Shown one piece after another: positions 1 through 12,066 of a DNA stretch of 64,000 nt. The stretch spans positions 9,323,832 to 9,387,831 of the forward strand of contig OZ316897.1 of the NCBI GenBank assembly GCA_973895155.1, in the 5' to 3' direction. How positions within the stretch are numbered: position 1 is the stretch's first letter; each line of letters opens with the position of its first letter. Under the pieces are notes generated by a model. That model saw nothing but the letters and a program-made list of their open reading frames with translations, made no database searches and was not told where the DNA came from. Origin of the DNA: Marsupella aquatica (lineage: Eukaryota > Plantae > Marchantiophyta). The translations under genes and the position numbers were made by a program.

Positions 1-379
1 GGTCTGCAAGAGATGAAGGCTTGTTGTTGGGAACATCAAATGCTCATGAATTTGTCATATATTTAGAATCATTGCATTGCTCCAGTAGTTCTTTTGTCCA
101 GGGAGCAACAATTGTCCAGAGTGGGCTAGCTGGAGGTTGAGAGGCATTCAAACTCTGAGGGTGAACCATACCCTTTTGTACAATTACGATGCAAGAGAGT
201 AAAGCCGTGAAAAGCACCAAGTGCTATTTTGAATTGATCTCAGTGCTCATTCAGCAAAATGTGGACTATGTTGTCTAGTGTTCTCAATGATGGTCCATCT
301 ACCAATATTTAATCTAGAATCTGTAACAGCCCTCTCAGTTGAGCAATGCTGAAATTTGATTAAAGGAGCGTCCTTGTTT

Positions 380-1030
380 TGCATAGTTGACTTGAAAGGC
401 CAGACTACTTTTGATCACCTTCCTTAGCAGCTTAGCATGTATCCTCCTTGATACTTGGTGTAGTGTTAATTCTGAATAGCCGACAATTCTTTCTGATTGG
501 AAAGATTTTCTGTCCACAAAGCTGACTTAGTTTCCTGATTGCCTGTAAGCCATTGGTCACGATCTTGCCTTCAGTTTTGTATGCAAGTGATTAGTTTGAT
601 GGTTGCTTCTTAAATTTGGGATAATCTGAGTTGCTAACAAACCCACACTCGTTCGACATTGAGATGTAATGGTGAAGTGGCCCTGAATAACCCTAGTATG
701 GCCGGTGTGAACCATATATACTGGACTCAAGATACCTTCATGTACAAGAACTCTCATTCAGTTCAACTTCTCAGTTGATTCACCATTCACACATGTTTGA
801 TGTTTATGACAGGGTTTACGAGATCTTGTTCTAAGTCTCAAGAATACACATTTGCCTGGGAGTCACGAGAGGAACAATCCTCGTACTATTGCAGCCTTCA
901 TTTTGAATTTTTTTACTCCTTCAATGAGATCTAAGTTGGAATCGTTGTCCATTAAATTATGGTACAGTGTTCCAAATGTGAACAAAGTACTCTCCATGGA
1001 TATGTTTTTAGATCATACTAGTAGTGAAGG
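380..1030 (-). mobile_element. Possible highly decayed Mutator-like (MULE) transposase C-terminus
   Basis: Minus strand near 700-770 reads EVELNESSCT*RYLESSIYGSH, resembling a broken SWIM finger (VxLxxxxCTC...CxH). A broken C-x2-C-x-GH-like knuckle follows near 370-395. No continuous ORF. Confidence 0.25.
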
Positions 1031-1462
1031 CACGACTTGAAGCTAGGCATTATTTGTGACTCCCTGCCTCTCAATTCTCTCCACTCACAATCAATTTGAC
1101 CACAAGATCATGCTCTGTAGGGAATTTTGCAGAGTCAACTTTCCTAATCTCCTCTAGAAAGAATGAATGGCTAGCAAGCAAGATAGGAATATTTAGCAAC
1201 CTTGGAACACCCTCTGGACCTCCCAATACCAAGATAACACCACGGGCTCAAAATGTGCCAAGAATTTGCCAATTTTATTCAAAGGTTCAAGATCTTCCTC
1301 GATCATGCACAATGTCAAATTAAATATAGAATTGAAATGTTGATGGCATTTCAAGTCTAATTAGAGATTTCAAAACTACAAAATGACACCATCTACATTC
1401 GCTTTACAAGCAGATCATGTTTGTACAAGTTCTGCCTGCCTTCTATTGTTTAACGTGAATTT

Positions 1463-2047
1463 CTAAGTCTCTGAGATGCAAAATGACTTCAAAGTGTCCA
1501 CTATATCAGCTGAAAAATCCTCATATAGTTTCATCCACATTGGCTTTGGCTTCAAGTCCTCTATTCCAGCAACCGCTTCAGATGGGCACTGTTCAAATCT
1601 TACAACTCGATGCTTTTCTCCATAGTCATCCTTCACATAGGTGATGGTCCATGCGTGACTCATCACTTGTTCGCAAATTTCTTTTTTCTTCTGCTCATTG
1701 TCGTTGCAGGACTCCTTGAAGGACTGTCCTGATATTCCCATCAGCTCCAACCCATTAGCTTCATTAACCTGGATCACATGATCATCAACCTGGATAGCAA
1801 AACAATACATATACGTGCCACTCCCATCTTCACAACACGCATGCTCCACTCGACTGCGAGAATGAGGACCCAGTGGAGACTCCAGATTCTGCCTCATTAG
1901 TTGGCGTTTGTGCTTTCCCAATGCACAAGGCCGACCATCCTTCAGCAACACACCACAACCTTTGTACACATACTGTCCAGCACATAGTCCCCACATATTC
2001 TCAATCTTGACTTTGTTGAGAATGCAAAAAGAGCCTTCCTTGTCCAT
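1463..2047 (-). CDS. RPA1/RPA70 C-terminal (DBD-C)-like OB-fold with Zn-finger insertion; probably a terminal exon, likely transposon-associated
   Basis: ORF 1463..2086 has YVYKGC...PC...HACC...YMYCFAIQVDD...GLELMGISGQSF...ICEQVMSHAWTITY, matching the RPA1-C layout (YxAC..C..C..C..YxxxxxIxD...AExLLG). A splice-acceptor-like ttcttcccag directly precedes ATGGAC at 2047. Confidence 0.6.
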   Translation of the reverse strand: MDKEGSFCILNKVKIENMWGLCAGQYVYKGCGVLLKDGRPCALGKHKRQLMRQNLESPLGPHSRSRVEHACCEDGSGTYMYCFAIQVDDHVIQVNEANGLELMGISGQSFKESCNDNEQKKKEICEQVMSHAWTITYVKDDYGEKHRVVRFEQCPSEAVAGIEDLKPKPMWMKLYEDFSADIVDTLKSFCISET

Positions 2048-2320
2048 CTGGGAAGAAACAACACAATTAGGATCGTGCAAAATCAATACAGATCATAACG
2101 AGTAGCAGTATGGCAAAATAATGATACACACTACGTGGCAGAATGGCAAACTACTGAACATGTGACATCGAAAGGCAGAATGGCAGAAAGCACGGGCTGA
2201 TTTAGGACCTTGACTCCTTGCAAAGGTCAGACTGGAGTCGACCAGTTCTTGGAGAAGGACTTTGAGCAGGACTCAAAGGATTGGAAGCGGACTGGAAGTC
2301 CTTGTATAAGGATTGCATAT

Positions 2321-2515
2321 GAGGACTGAGAGTCCTTCGACAAGGACTGCAAGTCCTTCGACAAGGACTCCAAGTCCTTCGACAAGGACTCCAAGTCCTT
2401 CGACGAGGATTGGGAGTCCTTCGACAAGGACTGGGAGTTCTTCGACAAGGACTGGGAGTCCTTCAATAAGGATGGCAAGTTGCTCGATAAGGACTTTAAG
2501 TCCTTGGAGCAGGAC
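2321..2515. repeat. Tandem array of 21-bp units, each internally palindromic (AAGGACT-nnn-AGTCCTT-cgac)
   Basis: About 9 consecutive units such as caaggactccaagtccttcga, with degenerate copies extending over about 2200-2690. Minus strand translates as SLSKD(S/L)(Q/E) heptads. Confidence 0.9.
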
Positions 2516-2966
2516 TAGAGCCAGAGAAGATGTCCTCGGGAAGGAGGAGAGTCCTTGGACGCTCCTTGAGACGGGTCCTTTGAAAGGACCATGACTCCTT
2601 GGCGGAGGACTATGAGTACTTCCCCAATGACTGGAGTCCTTCTACAAGAATTGTCAGTCCTTGGTGAAGAATGACGCCCTTGGAGTCTAGCATTCAGCCA
2701 AAAATCAATGTATCCAAAAAAGTCTAGCAATCCACAATCAATGTATCCAAAAAAGTGGACGGTCCATGTGTTACCTTTCCACCTCGATCAGCCATTTAGA
2801 AAAGTGTATTGCGCCGGCCACGAGTTGACTGCAACACAAAACAACAACAAACAGAAGTTTTAATTAAACACCAACTACTTATAATATGACACATTTCTTG
2901 CTGCATCATGGATAAAGAAAATTCACACCAATCAGAATGGGCCATTGTTAGCTTGCAACGCCATGT

Positions 2967-5476
2967 TCAAGGAAGCCGCAATCTCTTTTTGGACCTGGCT
3001 CTTGGTGCAGAGGATTTCAGAACAATTTCCGAATGGACACATTGTGGGTTGGGATGTCCACGGACAACTACATCCTGGTCAACGAGCTCTAACATATCTC
3101 TAAAGGAAACCTGAGAAAGGGACTCTGGGCTAAAGGGCATTGTGCGTAGCTTTGGACTCCTCAAAGGTGTACTTAGCACCTTCCTCGATGATTCCACAGC
3201 CCTTGTTCTTTTCCCCAATTCCCCTCCCTCAATCTTGGGTGTCAGAAGCCTCCCTTTGGAGGCTTCTTTGTTATCATGTTCCCCTAATTTGTCTCCCAGT
3301 TCGAGTATCACTGGAGCCGCCTCCAAAGCACTTACAACCATTTCACCTTCAGCATAGATGTTTGCCTGAATGCACGCAAACAACGAAACTAGAGAATCAG
3401 CAACATTTATTGGAAAATCTGTACATAGTCTAACTTAGATCGATACCATGAAATTAGTGTAGAAAACAGCAAACAAACAATAAACTAAGCGCAAACATAT
3501 TTAAGTTCCGTGCATGAATTTATCATGCATCACTCGTCCAAATGTACATACCCTTTCTTGCACACATTGGATTTGCTCTACAAGCTTTCTTCTTTTGAGA
3601 AGATCAACGCTCTGCTTCCCGTAGTAGATTGCTTTCATGTGGTCTATGTAAGTTACTCGCCTCTGTTCCCCATGCGTGGGTAAGCCCCATGTTCGTAGCC
3701 AATCATCAGAGAACACGACCCAGCAAGCCAAACACTTAGGAGCACCGTCTGAACCACCAATCAAAGAAAACAAACAGCTCGGATGATAGGTGTGCCTGCA
3801 TGATGCTGGCATCCAATTGTAACAATGATACCCATTGCAACAAACTGGACAACTAGATACTGAAATTTGGCTTGCCACTACACGAGTCAGTGTTGGAACA
3901 AAGGTGGGCCTCAAGAGTGGACACGGATAACGCAATGTCCTCTCTAGAGTTGAGTACTCAGACTTTTGCGCTGCCTCTGTCAAGTCGAGTTGCTTCAGGT
4001 CTACCTCCACTGTTGCTGCCAGTTTTTTCAATCGGACCACCATCGTTGACAATGATTGAAACCGCTTCAGGTCGGCCGCAATGAGGTCATTCACCTTCAC
4101 CATATCCTGGTCAATGGTATCTTGGCGCAACTTTGACTCCAGAATTTTCTGTCTTTCCGTCTGTATCCGCTTCTCCAGGATAGATGTGTAATCCATACCC
4201 TGCAATCATGGTAAACAACGAGCTATAATAAGACTGGATCCAATGCTCAATACTAGATTGTTACAATGTTCCCGCATGATTAAATGTCCAATGCACTACC
4301 AAAAAACTACGATTCAATGCAAATCAGGTGTGAATATACCTCATTTGCAACGCCTGAAACCTCGTCTTCCTTGTTTGCCTCCATCTCAAGCTCTAAAGTG
4401 AGGTCGTCAACTTCTTTGTCTGCAGACTCTGCCCCCTCGTGCAATTGAACCAGATCCAACTCCATAGACTTCAACTAGTTCTTTAGCTTTGCCACGGTTG
4501 TTGGATGATCTTGTTCAACTGCCTCTAGCAGCTTCAAACTCGCTGCAATCTTTGCAGCATCCAACATAGCCTCCCATTTCTGGCTCCTTGTCGACAACAA
4601 TGCTGAGTCAAGCATCGATAGCATGAGTCCAGTAGGCTCAGCTTGAGGAATGGGCCCCTTCGCCATAGTGGGAACCTTTGGGATATCACACATTTTGTGT
4701 GGTACGATGGCTGTACATACCGCATTGACTAATCCAACCTCCCCAATATTGTCAACGGTTGCACCCGCTACTGCATTATCCCAAAAGTTGGAGACATCTG
4801 CTTCCATGGATTTTGGCTTCACAATTTCAGATTCCTTCTGAGTCTGCGGCTCACACTCTTTCTCCATAGTACGTTTGAAGAAACGAGGCTTCCTAACACA
4901 AGGGGGCCCATCAGGCCTACCTTTTCTCTCTCTTTCCCATTGGATAATCTGTCCCTTTAGCTTGGACGATGCATATGCGGCCCAATTTACTTTCCGATGG
5001 AGAACATACTCAGCGTAAGCACCTTTCACAAAGGAATGAGCCAGAATACCATTGACTGGCTTATCATACCCATCCACAACTTGAGACAAATGCAACAAGT
5101 CTGCAATGGGGATCATCACTGAGCTATTTAACCTATAACCATTCCGTGTTTTCTCTCCAAAACAAGCAGACAAGGCATCATCACTTACGTCATTTATCTT
5201 AGAGGGATTTTCACCGACATCAGGGAGTCCACATTCCTTGGCAAAATAATCTGGGTCTCGTTGGAATTCTGCAGGATTCCAATCATGCACACTCTTCTCG
5301 GCTGTCTTGCGAGTTGAGGTAGCTCTCGCAGTACGCGGTTCTACCAGAGCGGCTTCCGTGACACCCCCACCAACTACAACTAAGTTTGCTTTCTGCGGCG
5401 GCTCCTCTACAGGTTCTATGGCAATTTGAGGAGTTTTTGTAACTCCATTGAGTTTCAAGGGAGCCACACCACCCAT
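2967..5476 (-). pseudogene. Three-exon gene (about 727 codons): TE-type N-terminal domain, coiled coil and RING-H2 finger; one in-frame TAG
   Basis: Exons 5476-4340, 4199-3552 and 3365-2967 are joined by phase-0 GT..AG introns (GAG|gtatat, tgcag|GGT, AGG|gtatgt, ttcag|GCA). The frame continues past the TAG at 4475-4477 (LKSMELDLVQLHEG...). RING-H2: CPVC-x13-CRHTYHPSC-x13-CLAC. Confidence 0.7.
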
Positions 5477-5516
5477 CGTAACTGTCCTGAGGACACATAC
5501 AAATGCAACAGTCCAA

Positions 5517-5794
5517 CAAAGTAAAAGAGCTAGAGTAGTTCAAGCTACAGGAAACTGTGAATTGAATGGAAGCTTGAGAAATTTGAAGAGGCGCACTCAC
5601 TTTGACAAACTCAAATCATTCAGCTTGATATGAGCGGCCAACTTCTACCACAACACACAACAAAGTAAAAGAGCTAGAGTAGTTCAAGCTACAGGAAACT
5701 GTGAATTGAATGGAAGCTTGAGAAATTTGAAGAGGCGCACTCACTTTGACAGACTCAAATCATTCAGCTTGATATGAGCGGCCAACTTCTACCA
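5517..5794. repeat. Near-perfect tandem duplication (134-bp copies, 144-bp period)
   Basis: caaagtaaaagagctagagtag...gccaacttctacca at 5517-5650 and 5661-5794. Confidence 0.9.
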
Positions 5795-5803
5795 TAGCAC
5801 AAT

Positions 5804-5858
5804 CGCCTTGCCTCGACTTGCCTCGCCTCGATCGCCTCGCCTCGCCTCGACTTGCCTC
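5804..5858. repeat. (GCCTC)n-type low-complexity repeat
   Basis: gcctcgacttgcctcgcctcgatcgcctcgcctcgcctcgacttgcctc. Confidence 0.8.
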
Positions 5859-8002
5859 CAATCTCTTTGAGCCTCAGTTGATACAAAATTGTCAAATGGC
5901 ATAGGGAATGTCGACCGGAACTCAAAGTGTACACATCAAACTCAATGTGAGGGCGCGCACGTAAAGACATGAACTCTAGCCAAAAAGAGGGCGCGCGCGT
6001 AGAGAATGAACTGTAGCCAAAAGGAGGCAAAACAACTTAGCTTCACCAACACGCACAAAGGACCGCATGAGAAGCCGGGAGATACGCTAACTGAAATGAT
6101 GTGTGAAGGACATGAAAGCAACCCACACGGTGCCACCGCATCCTTCGCTCGCCTTTCCATTTAATGACCTTGTTTAAATTTCAAAACGCAGTCTAAAGGA
6201 TGCGTAGGTCGAGGTGTCCTATCCACTTCAGGACAAAAGTTACGACTTACGCTCATAAACCCCAATCCTTAAGTGACACTTAGTGCTAAAGAATCATGAT
6301 GTACAAGAGTCCAAGTTAGTAGGTGGGAGATCGTGCAATCCTAGCCACACAAGAGTCCTTAACATCCTTGGCCTGAAGGGGTAGTCCTTGGTCCTTATTG
6401 CCTCCTTTGGTACCCCTCGATCTTGCTTTCCACCAAAAGTAAGAACCCTAACCTAGATATGAATCCCCGAGTCAACTTTGATACAATTCATCAAATGACA
6501 GGTTCTAGAAAATCAAGAATATTTCATGAATGAAATTGTATTCAAAATTGTTTTCATTTCGATCAGAAACTTCATTTTAATAGCGCAGGATGCAAACGTG
6601 ATCATAGTAAACAGATGGGAAGACAAGCACTAAATATTAATAGTTGGTTTTCCCCTTAAACCACCACTAGCCATGACAAGTTTTGCCATAAATAGTATAT
6701 TTTTTTGACTTTGTGGAGCAATATGGAACCAAACAAGTTAAACTCATCTAACTAATAAAGCACTGTCTATCTAACCACACAACCTTCCCCATCAGATTGT
6801 GAATGAAATTGATCCCTATGGACATTTGGATTGGTCTCTTATCAAAATACTGCCCTAATAATTGCTAAGATATTTTGGTACTAACTAGGACAATTATTAT
6901 TAGAGTGACCTAGTTACTATACAATAAAATACTGTTCCAACTTTATGAGTGTACTTTTGATTCAAAATGTCTTTGAATATCATTATTTCCAAAATCATAC
7001 AGTTACACCCTCCTGTTTGAATGGCCAAGGTTGAAAGTCATAGCCACTTAATTAAGATTTAAAAACATCAGTCCCTAATTTTTGTAGAAGCTTCGGTTCT
7101 CATTTTGAACTTCGTCTATGGTGCAGCTACAACAACACGAACGTGGCCAGTTCTTTGGACGACAACTCAAGTTGACCAGGCAGGACGTGCAATCCAGTGC
7201 AGAGGCTACAAGCTATTCATACAACGGGATGACAGACTTCTTCCTATGCCGCGGCCACTCTCAATTACAAAACTTTCAACCTTGCCCCACCAAGTTGAAG
7301 GCAATGAAGCTTTGTTACCAAATGAATGCATTATTGTGTTAGACTTACAATTGCAACACTATTGTATAAGGGTCGCTTCATAAAAGACATGTAAAAAATG
7401 AACAAAAATAATCTTCATTTTTCAATAATAAAGCTTATAATTAGCGTTTATCATTTGCCAAAATAGAAGGGATAAAGCACTCTACTTGGATTTTGCAACA
7501 AAGATCCTCGCTTCGTAAAAAATATGTAAAAATGTTTCTAATATATATATCAAAAAACAAATAAATCTTCATTTTGAATAATAAACCTATATAATTATTA
7601 TTAAAAAAATAAATTTAAAAAATTGCTATACAATTATTGTTGCCTACTTTATATACATAGTTAGTTGTCCGCAAGTTGTCCTAAACAACAACCTTTATAT
7701 AGATCAGATTACAAGGTTCTTGTCCAATGGCAAGACCTCCAAGTAGTGTTTATTTATAAAGCGCTCTACTTGGGTTGTAGCCAAGTAACCAACCCTAGCA
7801 ATAAGTCATCCGTATTGGATTCCGCAACAAAGATCAATTGTTGGATATCAATCTCTAGATAGAGATTATCTCTTATTGGTTATCCAAGATCGTTAATACC
7901 AGATCGTGATAAGCAACTCTCATTTCTGGAATTTCATTACGCAAATTTTGGATAAATGCTAGTGAGGTAAGAAAATTGACAAGTTCATAATCCTTTGCAT
8001 AG

Positions 8003-11000
8003 GTCTCCCCAAAAAGGACACAACGTACAATATCCAAGAAGAGACATGCGGCACAAAGGCGTGCAATAAACGCCCATGCCGAGTCACTAAGCCTGTTATG
8101 TCAAGGATGGGCCTCAGCCCCAATTTATCTCCAAGAGTGGAGAGCCGTCTGCCAAAAGACAGCCCAAGGCATGAAGGTGTGCGGGATGTGCGGACTAGTT
8201 TGCTACGGAAACACTCCGAGGCTCGACAAGACATTCACCACCGTTTCAAAGGTGAACACGACGCCGTACGGCATATGTAATGCATTTTTCAACCAGTACA
8301 TTGAGAACCAAAATGGAACAATCAACGTGTGCATGACTTGCGTGCAAAACCCCGCCCATATTCAGATAATCAAACACCTTCATATCTCTGCAATATGTGA
8401 TCGACATCCGAGCCGCAAAGCCGTTGTACATGCAATTGCTCTTGCTAATTGACTATTGACTAGGCATCATACAAAAGTACAATGGCTTCCACTCTGGCTT
8501 CTACAAAAAGGAAAGCCTCCTTGACAACCCACTCATATCCTAGAATCTTGACACGCTAGAGTGCAATAATCGAGTCGAGATCATGCAACAGATATATACA
8601 AGGTCATGGAACTCAATTTGATGACCAACAAACTTTTTAAAAGATACGTGTCATTGGTCGAGCTGCCAGACCCGTCACTAGGATTGTGCATCCTAAGTTC
8701 CAACAGAGTAGACAACATCATCAAAGACAAGAGGGCAAAGGGAATCACCACAAGATCCATGAACTTTGACCCATCTGCACATCCTCCAAGATGTGCAGTA
8801 TAGGATCCCAACTTCACGCAAGCACAAGTACCAGGTCTTTTGTTCTGGCACTGTGTACAACCGCAAGAGAATGTGCTTGGAAGAGAACGTCAACATAGAC
8901 GCAAAAGGGCTGTCAAATGATTTAGAATTGACTTTGGAAAATACAATGTTCCCGTTCTTGTTCGTCCACTCAAGGAGTTTCCATCGAGGATAACTCAGCT
9001 TGATTGACTATATGAAACGGAGAACACAACAGTTGTTCAAAATATTCACTTTGTACAAGCCGTACATGCTTATCATGTATCAATTGCGACAGGCCAGCCA
9101 AGTAGCATGCATGAGCAAGACGATAGTAATCGAGAAGGAATACATGTTGATCAAGGAGAAGTGCCCCCACTTCAGCGAGAAGGAAATATACAAAATGTTG
9201 ATAAAAAAGATAATCACGAAAGCCATTCCTAGGAGCCCGGCGTGGCACAAAAGACACCTCGACAACCTCAAGTGCATGGTGAGAAAATGGGTACTGCCCC
9301 ACTTCTTTGTCACGCTCACTTGCGACGAGCTCAACGACCTCCGTTGGCCTGAGATTGCCAACCTTGAGAACGTTGTGCAAAGAGAATGAATTTGACATTC
9401 TCATGGAAAGATTGTCTTGTCGAATGTGCCGTGCTCTTCCACGAACGAATTCAACGTTTCTTCAAGGATTACATTTTGTCGACACACGCCATAATCAAAA
9501 ATATGCTCCACTATGTCATCAAGTACAAGTTGCAGGGCCGCGAATCACTTTGCGCCCACACGGCGCTATGGGTCAAGGATTGCGATGTCGATCGTGTCAC
9601 AAACAAAATAGCAGCATTCATCCCCGACAGATTTGACTCAACATCTGGCAGATTCAAAGAGCCAAATGGAGCAGAAGAAAAGACCCTATATCGTAACGTG
9701 GTGACAAAACAACTTCACTACTGCAAGGAGGGCTTGTGCTTGCAAAGGCACTCCCAAACCGGCCTCAAATACTGCAAGTTGGGTTTCCCCCAAGAAACTT
9801 GCCTTGACAAAGATGCAGCCATCGAGCCTACCATAGGGAAATGGAGGTACCATAGGCCAAGCGACCACCACCAAAATGTCGTGCCATACCACCCACTTGT
9901 GTTGTTGCTATGGGGCGCACGTACACATGAACTTGCAACGCATCCCAAACGCGGCCTGGTCATTCTATTTGCTCAAGTATGCGATCAAATGGGAGCCCCT
10001 TGGATCACTCCAGCTTAATGCAAATGATGCGTGCACTCTAGGACTTGAGGGCTTGTCTGAAGTCCAGCTCAAGCTAGTCAACGGAGCTGTCCTATCTAGG
10101 AGCGTGTGCGCCACAGAGGTGGCCTTGACGTGCCTCAAAATCAACATCATCCATCGCTCGGAGACAATTGCGTTCATGGACTCTTCGCCGCTGGAATTGA
10201 GGACTGCCATCTACTGTAAGTCCTCAGGGATATGTTTGCATCCCACCAGACTCTATGCACAGAGACCCAAGGAGATGTTTGCAATGTCCTTCCACAACTA
10301 CTTCACAAACCACGAGGTCCTAACCAATAAGAAAAACACCACCAAAGACTACGTCGGCAAGGATTTGCAAGGAAATTTTGTGTATCGGATGGAGCAGCTC
10401 GTGAGATTTTTGGAGTATCCTCCAGTATACAAGATGAATGGCTTCTTCTACAACTACCTTCTAAAGGTCGTGAGATTTCATGTAGAAGGCAAAATTCTCC
10501 TCAGGCCCATAAGTGACACGTGGAGCTACTTGCACGAGTGCATACACCACAAGTTGATAACCAATGTCGACAACATACACAAGTTGGTCCTTGAGTATTG
10601 CGCATCGCACCTCTACTCCACCCACCACACTTCCCACTTGATACAGGAGCTGAATGAAAAGCTTCCCACCAAATTTTCAACGACGCGACCTCATTCCAAA
10701 TAGTCCCTACCATCGTCATACAAAAACCAATGGGTGCGATCCTCAATGACAAAACTCTCCCGACTGTCAACTTGACTCCGGACCAAATCAAAGTGTTTGA
10801 GGCCCTCAAGGATGTCAAGAGCGATTTGTTCATGATTGACAGAAATCTGGGATCCGACAAGTCGACTTTCTTCATCTTGTACATGATGAACAAATACTGG
10901 ACATCTAAAGGGAGGATGGTGAAGATGTGTGCAACCACGGGCGCAGCTGCCATAAACCTTCACACCGATGCGGTGACAATGCATAACTTGTTTAGCATTA

Positions 11001-12050
11001 TAATACACTGAGAGCTCAGACCTCTGCACATCACCAGTCCCCACTACCACATCTTGAACAATGATGTGTTCATCATAGATGAGGTGAGCATGTTGATACC
11101 CAAATTGTTGCGTTGCATCTCCACAAGGCTACACAAAACATTCCAAGATGAGGACCGCTCATCCAACCCGTTCCAAAATAAGACGGTCATCCTGGTTGGA
11201 GACATGTGCCAATTGCCTCTAGTTTGCACCCACCACACCAACGACATATGCAGATTGTGCCACCTCTTGTCGTCACCATATTTTGAGACCATGCGGAAAT
11301 TTCACCTCAGCACTATGCTTAGACAGAGCACGGACAGGGAGTTCATGGAGTTCCTTAACAACATCCGCACAAGCCTTCCTACCCAAGAATCGATCGATGC
11401 ATGCTTGGGACAATGTTACATGTCCAAACAAGAAGCTCATGATTTCATTGACGCCTCGACAACCATGATATGCACACATAGAGAAACCGTCGACAACTAC
11501 AACAAGCGGGCATTACAAAGATATTTCCCCCCAAGAAATCGTGCCCGTCCCAATACTCACCAATGCCCTTTTAGACGAATCCACCCAACCTTGGATCCAA
11601 GATCCCGCCTTCCACACACTGACAAACGTTACAATTGGATGCAAGGTGATTCTCACACACAACATCGACCTCTCCAAGTAGGCCGCGAACGGCAATAGCG
11701 AAGTCATGGAAAAAATCACTACAGAAGCTGAAGGCAAAATGTCAAATTTTGTGAGAATGTCTTCCAACCACTGCCTTGTAAAGATCAATCAAACGGTTCA
11801 CAAGAACAAGTTCATCTTGGGATAGCAAACCCATCACAAATAGACTTTCCCTCTCGTGCTCGACTATGCCATAATAGGTCACAAAAGCCAAGGTTGCACA
11901 GTAGCAGACAAGGTTGTGCTAGAAATAAACAATGCATTTACATCGAGTCTCGTGTATGTCATGTTGAGTAGGGTCACAAACAGAGCATTCATGCGCATTG
12001 TTGGAGTCCTTATGCCGCCGGACTTCAAAGTGTTCCACTTACCCATTCGT
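8003..12050 (+). mobile_element. Helitron-like RepHel pseudogene (HUH Rep plus Pif1/SF1 helicase), Helitron2/Helentron-type; many frameshifts and stops
   Basis: Motifs in order across frames: CGMCG..CMTC Zn finger; MFPFLF; IPRSPAWH; PHFFVTLT (Rep motif 1); YVIKYKLQGRESLCAHTALW (motif 2); VVPYHP..LLLWGA/HMNLQ and YLLKYAIKWEP (motif 3). Helicase: LTPDQ..DRNLGSDKST (decayed Walker A), ATTGAAA, IIDEVSM, PF..VILVGDMCQLP, RQSTD, YAIIGHKSQG, YVMLSRV. Confidence 0.9.
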
Positions 12051-12066
12051 CGTGTTCAACAAGCAG

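Noticed and set aside
2321-2515. CRISPR-like array of palindromic repeats
   Set aside because: Units are contiguous with no unique spacers, there are no cas genes, and the context is eukaryotic.
7105-7383. Short overlapping ORFs upstream of RepHel
   Set aside because: No identifiable domain; cannot be supported as a gene.
10730-12050. Host PIF1 helicase gene
   Set aside because: It is fused downstream of HUH Rep motifs, intronless and heavily disabled, so it is Helitron-derived.
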